Positions 24,234-39,349 are shown, counted from the first letter of the whole stretch. The stretch: DNA of 60,387 nt, filler included, from Basidiobolus ranarum (GCA_040143965.1; 3 parts of 3 records of this genome joined end to end with filler, not necessarily neighbours in it), one strand, 5' to 3'. The notes: generated by a model not told the origin, from the letters alone. Program-made: numbers and translations.

Positions 24234-26781
24234 TCAGCTATTAATCGTAGGAAAAGCTAAAGTGGTCAATGCAAGTAGAGTGTCTAATGGATGTGTAGCC
24301 AAATAATTCCAAAAATAGGAGAATTGGTTGGTTTGGAAGTAATCTATGGAATTCAAGAAGTCAGGTGTGTATGTAGTTAAAAGGTCACTACTAGATATCT
24401 GTTCGAAGATATTCTTAAGAACTATCTCTAACGATAGATTTGTTTCAGAGCTCAAGACTTGCACCACAATAATCGCGACCTGAAGGAGGAACAAATACAC
24501 TCGTAAATGAACCAATAACAATATCAATTTACTGAATCTTATAGCGCGGGTTCTTTTACGAGCGTTCATGTCGATACGTGAGCTGTTGGCTGCTCTGACG
24601 GCACTACCTTTTAAATAACCGTAGTAAGATCTCATTGTGGTACAGGTGAATACACACATGCTTACATATAGGAACTGCCAGACAGTATGAGTATATGACA
24701 GCAAAAACATCACCGAAACCGCCAAAAGTATCCCTTTCACCACATTCCCTTGTCGAGTGACCCTACGGTCAAATTCTTTGAGACTTTGAACCAAGGGATG
24801 ACTTTCAGTAATACGAAGCGAACTCGCTAACAGGTCTTCAAGGCCAGTATCTGGTTCTCGTAAATGGAATTTAGGTGGTCGGATGATGGGTGGCGCGTTA
24901 ACGTCATAGTCGTTGTTAGCTTTGGATGGTTGATTTGCAACTCTAGCACGATTACGACCTCCATATCTATGACCGAAGCTGCTGGGTTCCCAATCCATAT
25001 TGTCATAGTCACTTTCCAATTCCATGTTGATTTCATCGTTCTCCCCGTCCGATCCTGAATCATTGTTTTGTGGGTCTCGTCTTTTCATGGATTCCACTCG
25101 GTTACGATGGATTATAAACGGATTTCTGGGGGGTCGCTTATAGGAAGAGGAAGTGCCCAACGAAAGAGATGACGTTATGCCACCGATCTCTGGGCCTGAG
25201 TTTTGTGACGATGGAGTTCCTTTATGTTCAATGGGAGCAGGGGAAGTTGAGGTGGACTTAGGAGATACCGTATTGGCCTCACTTGGCAACTCGCAGGATA
25301 TCCGCTTTCCTACCGGGGTTCCCATAATTCCACTTCCAAGATGAACACGAACAGGATCTTTCGTATTGACCTTTATCCAAGTATACAGCATGACCATAAC
25401 ATTGAATGCTAGAACGATGGCAGTCCATCGTTGAATGACTTCTGGTACGGTAGCAAAGAAGCGATAAAATATACTTAAGCAAATCCGAGTAATTCCGAGC
25501 AACATGTGATAGTCCTGAACAAAAATAGATTAGCACATTGAAGCTGTTTGGCAAAGTAAATCCCATTACCTTAAACAATTCCACATTCATAGGTTGTCGC
25601 TTATAATTAACCATTCTCTTGAACATAGTAGGATCATAAAACGAAGTGAGACACGACAAGATAGAAAATATGAATAGCCATGCGATCAGTAGATGCGCGC
25701 AGTTGTCATTAAATTCTCCCTTTTCAACGACATTTTCCCAAAGATAGTCGAATGTTGTCCGAGTGTAGTATAAACAAATCTTAATCACTTGATGAAAAGG
25801 AAGCTTCCCCAAAACAATCTTATCAGCAACAATTGAGTTCATGACAGGGTCCATTGCTGTAGGTGTTATGTCGACCAAGTTAGGATATGCTACGACTAAA
25901 TAAATAATTTGCAGTGAGTATCAACTGTGTAGTGATATTAAGTTCAGACTTAGTCATACCAAAGCCAAGAAAGACTAGAGTGAGGATATTGACAGAAAAA
26001 TAAAATATGGTGTACAATAACCATCTGAGTACATTGGGGAAGCGCAAAGTCAAAACTTCCTTAATCTCGTGAGAATTGGAAGTTTTCAAAGCTTCTCCAA
26101 AAACTCGTGCTTTCATCTGATAATTTTTTTGGTTTAATTCAGAAGTGACTTTCTCTTCACACTCAGAGCATACAACGGGATAATTCGCCTCGATACGTTT
26201 ACGATAGGTATCAAATGTAGCCATAGCATATTCGAAATCGGGATCCTACACGTAAGTAAACTATAAATAAAAGGGCAAGGGATTTGAAGATAAACAATTA
26301 TGGTTTACATCGTCGGCAGGAATGTAACTTCCGAGTAAAGATATAACTAGATTCTGATTATTGACACATTCACTACAAAACGTCTGCTCTTTCTCAGGAG
26401 GAGGATTCCTAACTATGTAATAGGTAAGTTTTGGTTTTTCTTGAATCGGGAATAAAACATACCTCGCGCGCTTCCAGAAGTTTTGTTCATTGAACTAAAA
26501 TGCATTTGTGGGACATCGTCGACAATTTCACCTTTCTTGAAAGATCATACGAGAAATAAAGAAAATTTAACATTTGCTAACTAATACTAGAAAAGATCAA
26601 CTATATTTACCTCGTTGGTGACATTTTGAGATTCACAAACATCACAGTACCAGTTGCGCGGGTTTTTCTTAGAGGAACCATTGAAGATATGTACATTATT
26701 ACAGTAAAAACAAGAGAGTACTTGATACAAGCCAATCCATATCAAGAAACGAGTGAACAAACTCAAGGTATCCGTGTTCAT
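24234..26781 (-). CDS. IMA1: Inner nuclear membrane protein Ima1/Samp1 family, multi-exon
   Basis: Paired CxxC motifs SCFYCN, WYCDVCESQN, FCSECVNNQ and YPVVCSECE, followed by several TM segments and FHLREPDTGLEDLL. Confidence 0.85.
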
Positions 26782-27207
26782 GTTTGCGCGCAGTCGACAA
26801 ACCTCAAAGTTTGAAATATTAATAACGCAAAATGAATGGTTGTGAAAATTGATGATTTCTATGATGAATCATCAAAATAGAGTTTAATGTAAACAAACTT
26901 TCACTTGGTTTAGTTGCATTCATTTATTAGGCTGATATAGATGCTATCTACTCTAGATATTAACAATGACGATAATCAAGTGTTGAATAACCAAGTGGAA
27001 TCTTTTGGCTGATTTTAATCATTTATACTAGAGGTCAAACGGATATGCTTTTGAGGACAGGATTAACAAGTGAACTTCAAGGGAATTAATAAAATAGGTT
27101 CGTGAAGACATGGTGTGTAGATATGTAGGTCAAAAATAGAAAGTAAAAGGGAAGGGGGAAGAGGAGTGGGGAGGGGAGGGCAGGGACAGTGTTACTACAG
27201 TCAATGC

Positions 27208-28508
27208 TCATAACAACCCACAATCACGTAGACAGTTCTGTAGGATGATGTCGCTCACGGCGGTCATGACAAATCGCATCTGATTGGTATCCGTAGCGCA
27301 GGTAAAGTGCGGGTAGATCTGCTTGGTGTACGAGCGGTTAAGGCTCAAGAACCTCTGCTGAATGTATGAGCATCCTGAATCGTAATCACCACCACCTGAT
27401 ATAGGTTAGTATAGGGAAGTTAAAAATATACTCCAAGATAACTTACCTTGGTAGTCGGGGAAATACTGCTTCATTGGAGAGGTGGTTAGCTTTCCTCTAA
27501 ACAAGTCGATTTTGTTGAGGAAGAGAATAATAGAAGTCTTCACAAACCACCGGGAGTTGCAAATAGAGTCAAACAATGTGAGAGCCTCGTGCATCCTGTT
27601 CTATATACAAACAATTAATGAGTAACCGAACCTGATAAGACGAACTAGGGATGACACTTACCACTGACTCATCTTCAATCAAAACCTGATCGTACTCGCT
27701 TATCGCCACCATAAACACAATGGCAGTGACATTCTCAAAGCAATGAATCCACTTCTTTCGCTCCGAGCGCTGTCCACCCACATCTAGCATACGATAAGTG
27801 AGTTCACCAACGTGAAACACCGTCTCAGTTATACCGGTAGTTTTGATGCGAGACCTTAGAACATCTTGGTCGGTGGGAATGTAATCGGGACTGGAAATTC
27901 TATCAATAGAATCAAAATAGCTATTTGGTAGTTAGCAAGGGATCGGGTTAGGGTTAGGGTTCGGCGAGCATAACTTACTATTTGGCAGAATCATTTAACT
28001 GGAATTCTCTCGACCGTTTGAAACATTCGAGCACTCCCTCATCCCTCCACAAGCATTTGACTGCCTCCCCAACATTGGTTGGGAGAGTCTCACCTTCAAA
28101 CACAGGATGCTCAATAATAGTCTCGGCATGAACTGAATTTGCTGCATCACCCAGCGATAGGCTCATCCCATCCATAGCTTCCAAAATCACTCGCATGGAC
28201 TGAATGGTGTTGGAAAAGATGATCTCTTTGAAAGATTCGCGCTCATCTTTGCTGTAGCCGTCTTGGTGAATAAGTTTCATCTGCTTGAGTATCGTACTCT
28301 TGCCGGACTCACCGGCCCCTAGAAATCATGAAAGTGCATTGAGATTAATTTCGTCTCTGGAGCGAACATTATCAACTATTCATCTCATACCAAGCAGTAA
28401 CATCTTGACCTCACTCTTCTGGGACACTTTGTCTTTGCGTAGCTGATTCTCGATCTCATCGTTAAGTCGACGCCCATCGTGCTCTTCTTGACTGACGCAG
28501 CAACCCAT
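27208..28508 (-). CDS. Heterotrimeric G protein alpha subunit, Gi-like fungal class I, multi-exon
   Basis: MGCC acylation start, [38 protein letters not shown], and C-terminal CGLL*. Confidence 0.96.
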
Positions 28509-30462
28509 TATGGTGAAATATTCTAAGTATCAGTTGTGTCAGACTGGCCAGTGTGTGGCACTATGCAAGGAATAATGAATGCAATAATTAGAGAACTATC
28601 TACTGAAACAGTTAAGTTACGCTTCGAGCGAATAAAAAGATCAACCGTATTAAAGTTTATGGTACAAATAAGAGGGTAAAGGAGCGAGAGGAAGAAGGAT
28701 AGTTAGACAAAAAGGGAACGACGGTGGAGAGCGTTCATCGTATAAAAGTAAACTTGAATGGGCATTTTAGTTTCCATTGTAGGACGAATGATCAATAAAC
28801 CGGATCTCTTCATGGGAAAAGAAGACAGTATTTGCTTCTCAACAAATTGAATCACTCTCTTATTATGTATAATTTGTCTGTGTATCCTTCGTCTCGCTCT
28901 TCTTTACTCCATTTACCCTCTTTGAAACTTTTCTTGATCTCGAGACAGCAAACTGAACAAGATTAACCCTGAGATTTCTCCGACATTGGAGTAGATCTCG
29001 ATAAATTAAGCGTACAATTGCCATCTTATTCACCGGACTGCGATAAATTAAGGAGAACACCTAGCGAACAGTCAAGATAAGCTAGACCCATCTCATCCAA
29101 TCACCAGTGCTACTAAAAACACATATTCACCAATTGGTTGCTTTCCACGATGCCAATAAGGAAAAGATGGGAATATGTGACACGAAATAAACGATAAACA
29201 ATATATTTATAAGCAATGTGTATACTCACTCCCATTTTGACGCACAGTGTGTATACGCGTGCAAGAATCATATGATACCATTGTGTATATTTAGGTAACT
29301 AGAATTTGTTTAAATTGGTTGAGTGTGTTAGTTTGTGTTGCTATTTGTACTCGCTGTGCTGTGTATATAGCGTGGATTTTAAATCGCTACAGTAAACAGA
29401 AATAAATAGCGACTAAGAAAATAGAATAGAAATCGATAGGAGGTGAATCTAATCTTACTCCGAGTCCCACATCAGAACCAGCACTAGTATCACTTAAATA
29501 TGTCGTGTATAATTATAAACAGACATAGACGGTATATACATACGGAATATACATACACCCAACGCTATGTCACTAAGACATGGAACCGCTTTGCCGCGTA
29601 TGTTCAATATGCTAGCTAAACTGAGATCTAGTAATAACTTCGAACACCAGGTATGCATTGTTGTCCATTTCCTGGTCTAGAGGTTAACGCCCACTTTCTA
29701 TATGATGTAATGGATGGCTATAATAATGATGATGTCGTAGAAAGGTTCGGGAATAATGAAGTTAAATTGGAAGGCACAGAATGGGTTCTATTTCTAGGAG
29801 TCTTGTCAATCCAAGAAAAATGATTTGCGTAATTATTCGGTTATTTATATGTCACACTAATCTAGTAATGAGGCTAATTTAGACTTGGCAATTTCATTTG
29901 TGACAGAGGAATGTATGGTAATTAAGCTTATACTGATCACACAGATATGAATCATATGCGGCTGGTATTAATGCACACTTCCTGGACAGGCTTAGCTTTC
30001 GACATCGAAATCTGTCATTACGTGTAGAGTCATGTAGCTAAGAGCAATGTTGTTCATGTTCTTGATTAGTCTCGCATATCTCTGGTCAATTCTATATTTA
30101 TGCAGAGGTAAAGTAGGAAATCATGAAAATGTTATCCAAGCTTTAGGATAATAATGAATGAGCCGTAGCTAAATATAGCTTTCCCGAGACTGGACCGTGG
30201 CTTGTTTAAGACTATGGATTGGTCCCAGTTAGGCAAGAAATACTAAGCGATTCAGATAACCAATGGTGTGCGCATACTGATTCTATTTTTTATATTATCT
30301 ACAGCGGTACGCCAAGGGAGCCTAATGCCATGTCATCTTCCATATCTAATTTCCGCTGATTGTATTTAAACAACCAGATGGCCCATTGGTTCTTCGATTC
30401 CAAATTCTTACACTTCCAGGTGCACCATTTATTGATTCTTTCTCATTCTTTCTGCTTAAACC

Positions 30463-31680
30463 ATGAAGGCTCTTATTCTTGTCGGAGGTAAATCTATGCT
30501 CGGTTCAACCATCCTCATTCCAGATTGTTAATTCGCTTCCAATTTGTTGCTAGGTTTCGGGACTAGACTTCGTCCGTTAACCCTCTCTGTTCCCAAGCCT
30601 CTTGTTGAATTTGCCAACAGACCTATGATTTCCCACCAAATCGAGGCTTTAGCCAAAGTATGTTCTATTCAACCTGAGAATACGCGGTATTCATACTGAT
30701 CTATATTTGTCTAATAGGCTGGCGTCACCGATATCGTTCTTGCGGTAAACTATAGACCGGAAATTATGATTTCGGTATTGGAGAAGTACGAGAAGGAGTT
30801 TGGTGTGACAATCACATTTTCTGTTGAAAGCGAGCCACTTGGCACTGCTGGTCCATTGGCTTTGGCTCGTGAAGTCCTTGCCCGAGATGACAAACCTTTC
30901 TTCGTTCTTAATAGTGATGTAGTATGCGAGTTTCCCTTTGAAGAGCTAAAGAGTTTTCACTCCACCCATGGTTGTGAGGGTACCATCGTTGTTACCCAAG
31001 TTGATGAGCCTTCCAAGTATGGGGTAGTTGTAAATCATCTAGACTCGACATGTATTGACCGTTTCGTTGAGAAACCCAAAGAATTTGTTTCCAACAAGAT
31101 CAATGCCGGTATTTACATGTTCAACCCTAGTGTGTTAGACCGAATTGAGCTTCGCCCCACCTCAATTGAAAATGAGGTGTTTCCGCTAATGTCGAATGAG
31201 AAGCAACTTCATTCCTTCCAATTGAAGGGATTCTGGATGGATGTTGGCCAGCCCAAAGATTTTCTGACTGGTACTTGTTTGTACTTGAGCTCACTCCATA
31301 AAACGTCCCCAGAAATGTTGGTTCCTACCTCGCAGGACTATTGCCACGTTGGTAATGTGATTATTGACCCATCTGCCAAAATTGGGAATGGTTGTCAGAT
31401 AGGGCCTAATGTAGTCATTGGCCCGAATGTGGTAATTGGCGATGGAGTTCGTCTTCAACGTTGTGTTATTTTGGCACATTCCAGAATCAAGGATCATGCT
31501 TGGATTCGAAGCACCATTGTTGGATGGCGCTCTGTGATTGGTAAATGGGCTCGCTTAGAAGGAGTCTCTGTTCTTGGAGAAGATGTTACTGTCAAAGATG
31601 AGGTGTTCATTAACGGCGGACTCGTTCTACCGCACAAGACCATCAGCGAAGATGTCACCGAGCCTCGAATTATTATGTAG
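30463..31680 (+). CDS. PSA1: Mannose-1-phosphate guanylyltransferase (GDP-Man pyrophosphorylase), 3 exons
   Basis: Spliced [55 protein letters not shown], and a hexapeptide-repeat tail. Confidence 0.96.
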
Positions 31681-33046
31681 AGTTGATGTTCAGCTCCCCC
31701 TCAAAACACTCCTAATTAATCCCTCCAAGCCCGTCTGCCCTATCCTATTCATGTTGTATATTGATATATTACCCTCCACTGATTGTTTATAGAGTTTTCT
31801 TTGTTCCAGATTATAGGACCTAGATGAAACTTGCTTCCAAAAATACTAATAAATTCGTTGTTGAAGAAAAGGGGCTATTGCGTAACCTTCTTACAGCATT
31901 GGGTAGCTAGGTAAATGGAAAAAGTTACCAAATAATATTGATCTGCAAGTAATTATGGCTTAGGGTTGGGCATACATATATTATCATCCGACGCTATAAA
32001 GGGAATCCAGGTAGGGAATTCAAGTAAGGAACACCACCCACCTAAATGTACTTGTCTCGGTGAAAAGATTCACCATGCAGTTGTTCTTTTAATATAACTG
32101 AAACGAGTACAGGTGGGCCTGGTCATCCTATTTAAGCCGCCTTCTATTTTTAGCTGATATATCTATGTACTATCGGTATTCTAGTCACTCAGCTTAGTTT
32201 GTCTATCTTAGCAAACTTTTACACTTGTAGATTTAAGGAGAGTGGGGGGATATAATAAGGAGTTTCTGTATCTTTCTTTTAAGCAGTCCCAATCGTTTGC
32301 ATTCGAAATCCTTTCACTCTTATTGCTTGTGATTCCAGTAATTGGTGCCAGTAATCGTTCATTGTATGCTCTCATATTCAACATTTAGCATACATATAGA
32401 TGCTTTGCTAGAGGTTTTATTTGATTAATGGCAAGTATAATATATTATTAATAGTAGCTTGAATTATAATCGCCGTTAGAGTAAACATTAATAAACTTTG
32501 CATCATGATCTATATTTTTTTACATGTAATTGTTTGTGGTAATCTGCAGGTAGCACGGGGCAGAACATAACAAGCCCTTGCAATATAACCTCCTTCCGCA
32601 TTACTTATCGTTAACTCGTGGTTTCTTATTTACTTGTTCCTTTTAGTATTTGTTATTTGGTTACCTAATATTTAACCCTTCCCTGTGTCATAATATTCTT
32701 TTCTAAAGCCCTTGCATAACAAGGCAAGATCTCAAGCGACTCTAGCTTTTTTACTCGTCTTGCCTATACATATTTTTACTTTGAATGAACGATATTTTAG
32801 TTCGAGTGGCCTAGTTTATGACTCTCTTTTCTTTTACCTCGTCTGAAATATACATTCCCTCCTTAGCTGAGACCTTCTCATACCAGAAATAGAGCAATTT
32901 CTTTAGTCGTCTGTCAAGTTTTCGTTGGAAAGACACTTGAAGCTTTATTGAGAAAATTATATTATATCTTGCTGTACTTGTGATAGAGCAATTTGTTCTT
33001 GGAGTGCCGATTCCCCCTCTTATATATTATTCCATACCTTCTCAAC

Positions 33047-36000
33047 ATGCCTAATATAGTGGTGTCTCAAGCACCTCAGCCGTCTCCCAGGTTTCACCGA
33101 AAAACTATATCCTACACTGAAAAAACGTCCTCTCTTTTATCAACAGTCTCTAAAACGAACGATATACCAAATTCCTCTGGTATTTGTGGTCTCCGATACT
33201 TTAAAACATCGACATATAGTTATTAATTGATGATATTTATATTTTAAAAAGACTCCACAATACGTACTAATCTCCGCTCTTCCGTTCCTAATACTGCAAG
33301 CTCGGGTATGTGAGTTTTCGTTGAAACTTGAAATATAGAACCTGGTATTCATTTTTTTGTAGATACTGTAAACAGTCGGAAAGTACCAAAAAGACACTCC
33401 GTATATAAAGTTCCGTTAGATAGAGGCTCTGAAACGTCATCTTCAGTGAGTAAACGTAACATCTTTCAGCTTTTACTTTTAAATTTATTCATCTGCTTGT
33501 GCTTAGTATCTAACATTTATCCAAAATATTTAGACTCAAGTCGATGTGCCAAGTAACGAAAAAAAAACTCGAAGCTTTGGCGGAACTTCGTTTTTCGGAA
33601 AATTACGCTCACAAGGATCAACAAAACCTGTATCAAATGTACGTACAAATGATGCCAAGGAGAACACTGGTACCAAGCCAATACCGATAGTAAACTCCAA
33701 AGATAAGTCTCGAGCAAGAGCCAACTCGTTATTTATGGAGGATAGTGGTTCTACTGAGATGGAAATTAAAGCTTCAAAAGCTAAAAGATTCTCGTCTATC
33801 CTACCCGCTTCTAATCAACCATCGAAACCTCAATCTAAGCCAACATCTACTAAGAGCAATTTCACCATTCCGTTATCCTCTCGACTTACCCGGCCTACAA
33901 AGTCCTTTGAATTAAAAACTGCGGATCGTAGAAAGGTAAGTTGTAAGGTGCCTATTTCAAATTCTAAAAGTATATAATTAAATATATGTATACATAGAGT
34001 GGCCCAGCTGCAGCAAGCACACATGCTGCGTCAGCAGCTGCTAGTGAATATTCTGCTTCAAACCAGCAGTCTTTAACTAGCTCTATAGCAAGTACCAACA
34101 CCACCACAAGTTCTACAGTAACGAATAAAACTCAACAACATCGAGTAAACCAGCCTCAACCACCTGTACGAGCGCATTCACCAATATTACCTAGAGAGTC
34201 TATTATCAGAAAACGGGTTGAAGAAACAACTCAAGCCGACTCACTAAGTAGTCTCTCATCGTCCGACACAAGCGATAAAGAGGTGTTTATCACCAAACGT
34301 GGATCTACCCTATCACTTAACTCACTCCAGACAACAAAAGCTCGTAGAGAAGCAATGGAAAAGTTAACCGGTAGCGGTTCATATGAACCATCGGATTCTA
34401 GTAAAACTTTCGCCTCTCCTGGAGAACTCAGAGCTGGGATACTATCATCTTCTTCGCTAGCTGCCAAACTAAGCTCCTCACGACTCTCACTAACTAGCAA
34501 TCACAGTCGACTATCTTGTTCTCTTGCTGGTATTGATGAGAACAGTACAAAATCTGTCAGAATTAACGATAAACATACTTTCTGTGATGATGCACCTAGC
34601 GGAAGAAGTTCCATATTGTCAAGTGCCTCATCGGTTACTCTGAGTAGGCAAGGAACACCCTCTCGTGGCAACACGCCTTTTGATTCAGATCGGGATGAGT
34701 CTCGTGACAATACTCCTAGCTTCGAAAGCAAGACTTTAGACCCTTACAGTAAGTATTTTATAGGATTCCTCAGAACATTATAATAGGCTTTGGATTGTTC
34801 TTCTTACATTTATACTTTTTTTTGCAAACCAGCTATACTCAAAATGTATGGTCACAAGCTAAGTTTGTTTGAACGAGGTGAAGTGCTGGATTATCCAGAA
34901 ATCCATTTTTTTGGCCAGAATATTCGGAAAAAATTGGTCAAAGGAGAAGGGACTGCTAATTTCGGTATTTATTTAAATGGGGGTTTTTCTTATTTCTATT
35001 TTTTCGTACTCATCAATGATTTCGGTCTTTATCAAATACAGGGTACGATGATAGTAAAGGTGATTACTATGTCATTTTGCATGATCACCTAGCGTATCGT
35101 TATGAGATCTTGGAAGTATTGGGAAAAGGCTCATTTGGAAAAGTTGTGCGAGTTAGAGATCACAAAACAGGCAAGCTAATGGCGGTCAAAATAATCAGAA
35201 ACAAAAAACAATTCCATACCCAAGCACTTGTAGAAGTAAAAATCCTGGAGTGTATTGTTCGATGGGTAGGAATATTTTGAAATACATATGTCAAGCGTAA
35301 ACACTGATGGCCGCTAATGATTATTTTGTACTGAAGGATCCTGATGACGCCCACAATTTGATACACATGTATGAAAGTTTCTATTTCCGAAATCATCTAT
35401 GCATCTCATTTGAGCTTCTCGACCTCAACCTTTACGATCACCTCAAAGCAAATTCCTTCCAAGGATGTAGTATCAACTTTATTCGGCGGGTCACCGTTCA
35501 AATTCTGCAAGCACTATGTCTCTTGAAGAAGCATCATGTGGTGCATTGTGATTTAAAGCCAGAGGTATTGTATCATCCATTCTATGACTAATTTCAACTG
35601 GAAGATTGACCTTTTGTTGTAGAATATATTACTGAAGTCTCGCAAATCAAGCCAAGTGAAAGTAATTGATGTAGGAAGCAGTTGTTTCGAGAGTGAAAGA
35701 AGTACGTGTAACAAGAAATCTTACATTTGAGAATCCTACTGACCTTTGTGCAGTCTATACATATATACAGAGCCGATTCTATCGTGCCCCCGAGGTTATT
35801 CTTGGTGTTCCTTACTCAATGGCCATTGATATGTGGAGTCTTGGGTGTATCCTAGCTGAACTATACACTGCGCATCCGCTCTTCCCAGGTGAGAACGAGA
35901 AGGAGCAGCTTAGCTGTATAATGGAAGCGATAGGAGCACCGCCTGCGCACTTGGTAGAAAAAAGTGCTAGAAAAATTGCGTTCTTTGGTAAGTACGAAGA

Positions 36001-36635
36001 GAATAGGATTTACATTAAATGAGAATTCTCACCTATTCGGACTCCATTACAGATTCAAACAATGCTCCAAGACCAGTGGTCAATTCGAAAGGAAAGAGAA
36101 GACGTCCTGGGCATAGACCTCTTTCGCAGACGCTAAAGTGTAATGATGATGGATTCTTAGATTTTGTTTCCCGATGCCTTGAATGGGACCCCCAAAAACG
36201 AATGACTCCGGAGGAGGCTCTTCGTCACTATTGGATCCAAGGAACTAGTCCCGAGGTAAGCAGAATTGTGAATGTTAATAAACCTCTGCTTCAACAATTT
36301 GCTTACTTATTGCATTATCAGCCTCGATTATCCCGGCATTCACCAGAGAGTCTAGTGAAAACGCGACAGAGAAGAAAATCGTCAGTAGTACTTGATTAGC
36401 AATGTCGATATAGTAAAACTCTACTAATATTATATTTAGCATGATTGACAAGAATCAGTTGAGCACCATAGATGAACAGTCCTACTTTCGAGCATCAGCA
36501 GCAAAACCAATAACAATCCGCAACAATAAGGTGAATCCGGATCTCGGACCTAAGTCAGCTGGCTTACTTGGTACAAGCTATCAAAGTAGCATTGATTTCC
36601 TTCGTCGCCATGCCCGCCACAAAGTCCAAGATTAA
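33047..36635 (+). CDS. Class-2 DYRK (Pom1/DYRK2-like) protein kinase, multi-exon; N-terminal exons approximate
   Basis: DH box and [48 protein letters not shown]; long Ser-rich N-terminus. Confidence 0.9.
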
Positions 36636-37861
36636 GTGACCAGTATTGAAGTAGTTGTGTGTATTTTTCTAATTACCTCTGCATAGCTTTGTGAGCTTGT
36701 ATCAAATATCAAGCGATTCGTGTTGCCTTGAACTTGATTTGATGTACCCTCCTTTCCACGCTAATATGTATCCCCTCTTCCTTCCATACCCGTTATAATA
36801 CAATGTTGCCTAGCACCATCCCTTTTACTCTTTACATATAATTTACTCGTACACATACTCCTCAGCGCTATGAAAAATCCCAAATTACCAAAGTAACTTT
36901 TGCTTTATCTTTCGAGGGCTTTGCTACTAATCTCGTTACTCATCACACACTTCGACATATCTTAGCATATTTATTTACTTTCAACTTGTTCTTCGTTTCT
37001 GATAGCCCCTCAACTTTTATAATGTCCAATGACTTTGATTTCCTTGCAAACATATTGGTTTGTATGCATGAATCGCTTTGAATTGCTCCGTGGTGTTCAG
37101 ATATCTGGCGAACAATTCACTGAAAGTATTGATCCAAAATCTCTGTAATATAAATATAGAACTTTTACGTCAAAGAAATGGAAATTATATTATTGTAAAA
37201 AGGATCTTCTCTGCACAAAAATATTCATTACATTTATAGGAAAGCTTCTCAGTCTACATGCTAAATAAATGCAGGAAAAGTAATAATTACCGATAGTTTA
37301 AATATCGAATTTTCCAATCATACTCTAATTAAGTATGTTGGTTTAATTCGGTTTACTTTGTGTAAGGAACTTGTCGATATATTTGACAATTGCATGTGGT
37401 TTTCACCAATCAATTTCTCTATATCTCCCTCTTGAGTAACATCGGTAAATCTAAAATCGACCCAAGACCAATAGCGACCTCTCGGCTATCCAGCAGCTAG
37501 GGTGGGAACCGTAATAGTCTATGTCAAGTTCAAAGCTCTGTTAAATACGATAAAGTCCGGAAGTGAGCGGGGTGACATGTGACGACATTTGGGGAGGGTT
37601 TCATGAGTCTTTGACAGCAGTTCGGGATAAATGATAGCTATGGGGGGCGAGAATTTGACAGGGGAAAATTTTGACAATATAATTGAATTGATTTCTAATT
37701 ATATTTACGAAATAAGCCAAATTCACACGTTTTCTAACCCTTCAACCTCCGATCCATTATCACCCCTCTCCCCCACATAATTTACTAACTCTTAAGCACC
37801 TATTACGCTGTTGCATTTTCTTTTGTTAATTTCTTGACTTGTTTCTAACTCAACAAACATA

Positions 37862-38592
37862 ATGAATTCCGCCAGACTCCTTCAGACTAGACTTGTCACT
37901 CCTACCGCTAAGGTTTTCCATATGATCAGTAAGAACAATGGTGCCGCTGCCACTGTTCAATTCAGGTAATTGATCTACCTTAATATTTACCTCTCCTTTA
38001 ACGTTAGCTAAATTCCCCTTTGATTCTAGAAACTACTCAACCAGCAAATCTGTTAGCCAAGATAAGCCTTTAGACTCTGAATATGTCAAGAAGCACCGCC
38101 CCATATCTCCTCATTTTACCATCTATCAACCTCAAATCACTTGGTATGGTTCCATTATTCACCGTATTACTGGTGTTGGGTTTGCTACAAGTAAGTTAGA
38201 TATTACTTTCATATTTGACTCCTAAAATACTTACAATTATATAGTCTTTTATGCTGGTATGATGACATACGCGGTTGGAGACTTCAACACCGCTGCTTTA
38301 ATCTCTACCGTTGGTTCTTTACCTGTCGGTGTAAAGGTTGCTGGTAAATTCATTTTGGCCTGGCCTTTCATGTATCACAGCTTCAACGGCATTAGACATT
38401 TGGTATGTTTTAAGCAAGGAAAACCAATTCGTGGGGAGGTAGAGAACTCTAATAGATTTAACTAAATATTTTATGATATTCATTTAGGTCTGGGATGCTG
38501 GTCGTTGTCTTACCAACAAAGGAGTTATCACTTCCGGTTACCTCACCATTGGTGCGGCCGCTACTGCTGCTTTGGGTTTAGCATCTATGTAA
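37862..38592 (+). CDS. SDH3: Succinate dehydrogenase cytochrome b560 subunit, 4 exons
   Basis: Presequence MNSARLLQTRL, RPISPHFTIYQPQITW...HRITG, and YHSFNGIRHLVWDAG. Confidence 0.93.
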
Positions 38593-39349
38593 ATGAATGA
38601 TGGAAATATTTGGAATCTCACAAATTAGCTTGCCATGAATTCGCTAGCACCATTATACACTCTTTTATGTCTGTTTATAGTCACTAGCGTAGGTACAGTT
38701 AAACCACCAATTCTTTAGAATCATATTCTTAATGTTGCATCATTTTGGGTTAACCAATTATTCTATGGAATGGATTCATCAATTATATACTCAAAAATAA
38801 ACCTTTTTCTTTTCACCCTTCCCCCCTCACTTACTCCTGTTCCTTGATATTTATCATTTGCAGATTTTCTTCCTCTCTGTTAAATCGTCTAGTTATCAGA
38901 TACCAATTGGTTTACTTATCAACCATGAAATTGTTCAACCCTTCTAAATTCCGGTTGTTGAATATTTCGGTCCAATAATCCATTACAGTGTGAAATATTG
39001 CATGTCGATATCTTCATGAAAGATACTTAATACAAGTGTTAGGTATAGTGTAGAAAGTACAATTGAAAATTAATCTTAAGGTAGTGTTGTAGGAGTTAAA
39101 TGAACTGATGTGGTATTAGTCTAGATAGTTTTGAAATTTGGAATTTAATTTAACTAACTCTCACATAATTCACATTTATCTTCAACTCTGAGTTAATCAT
39201 AATATTTGACTGGCCAATATATTTAACTAACTTGGATTTTAAATATATATTAGTTTGTGCATAATGAGAGGAATAACCAATATAAAAAGTAAAGAAAACT
39301 TCACTCCACTTGGTGGGTTCCTTAATATTGGCCTCTTTAAAGTTTTATT

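Noticed and set aside
26889..26895. Forkhead consensus GTAAACA upstream of IMA1
   Set aside because: A single AT-rich 7-mer is expected several times by chance in 60 kb.
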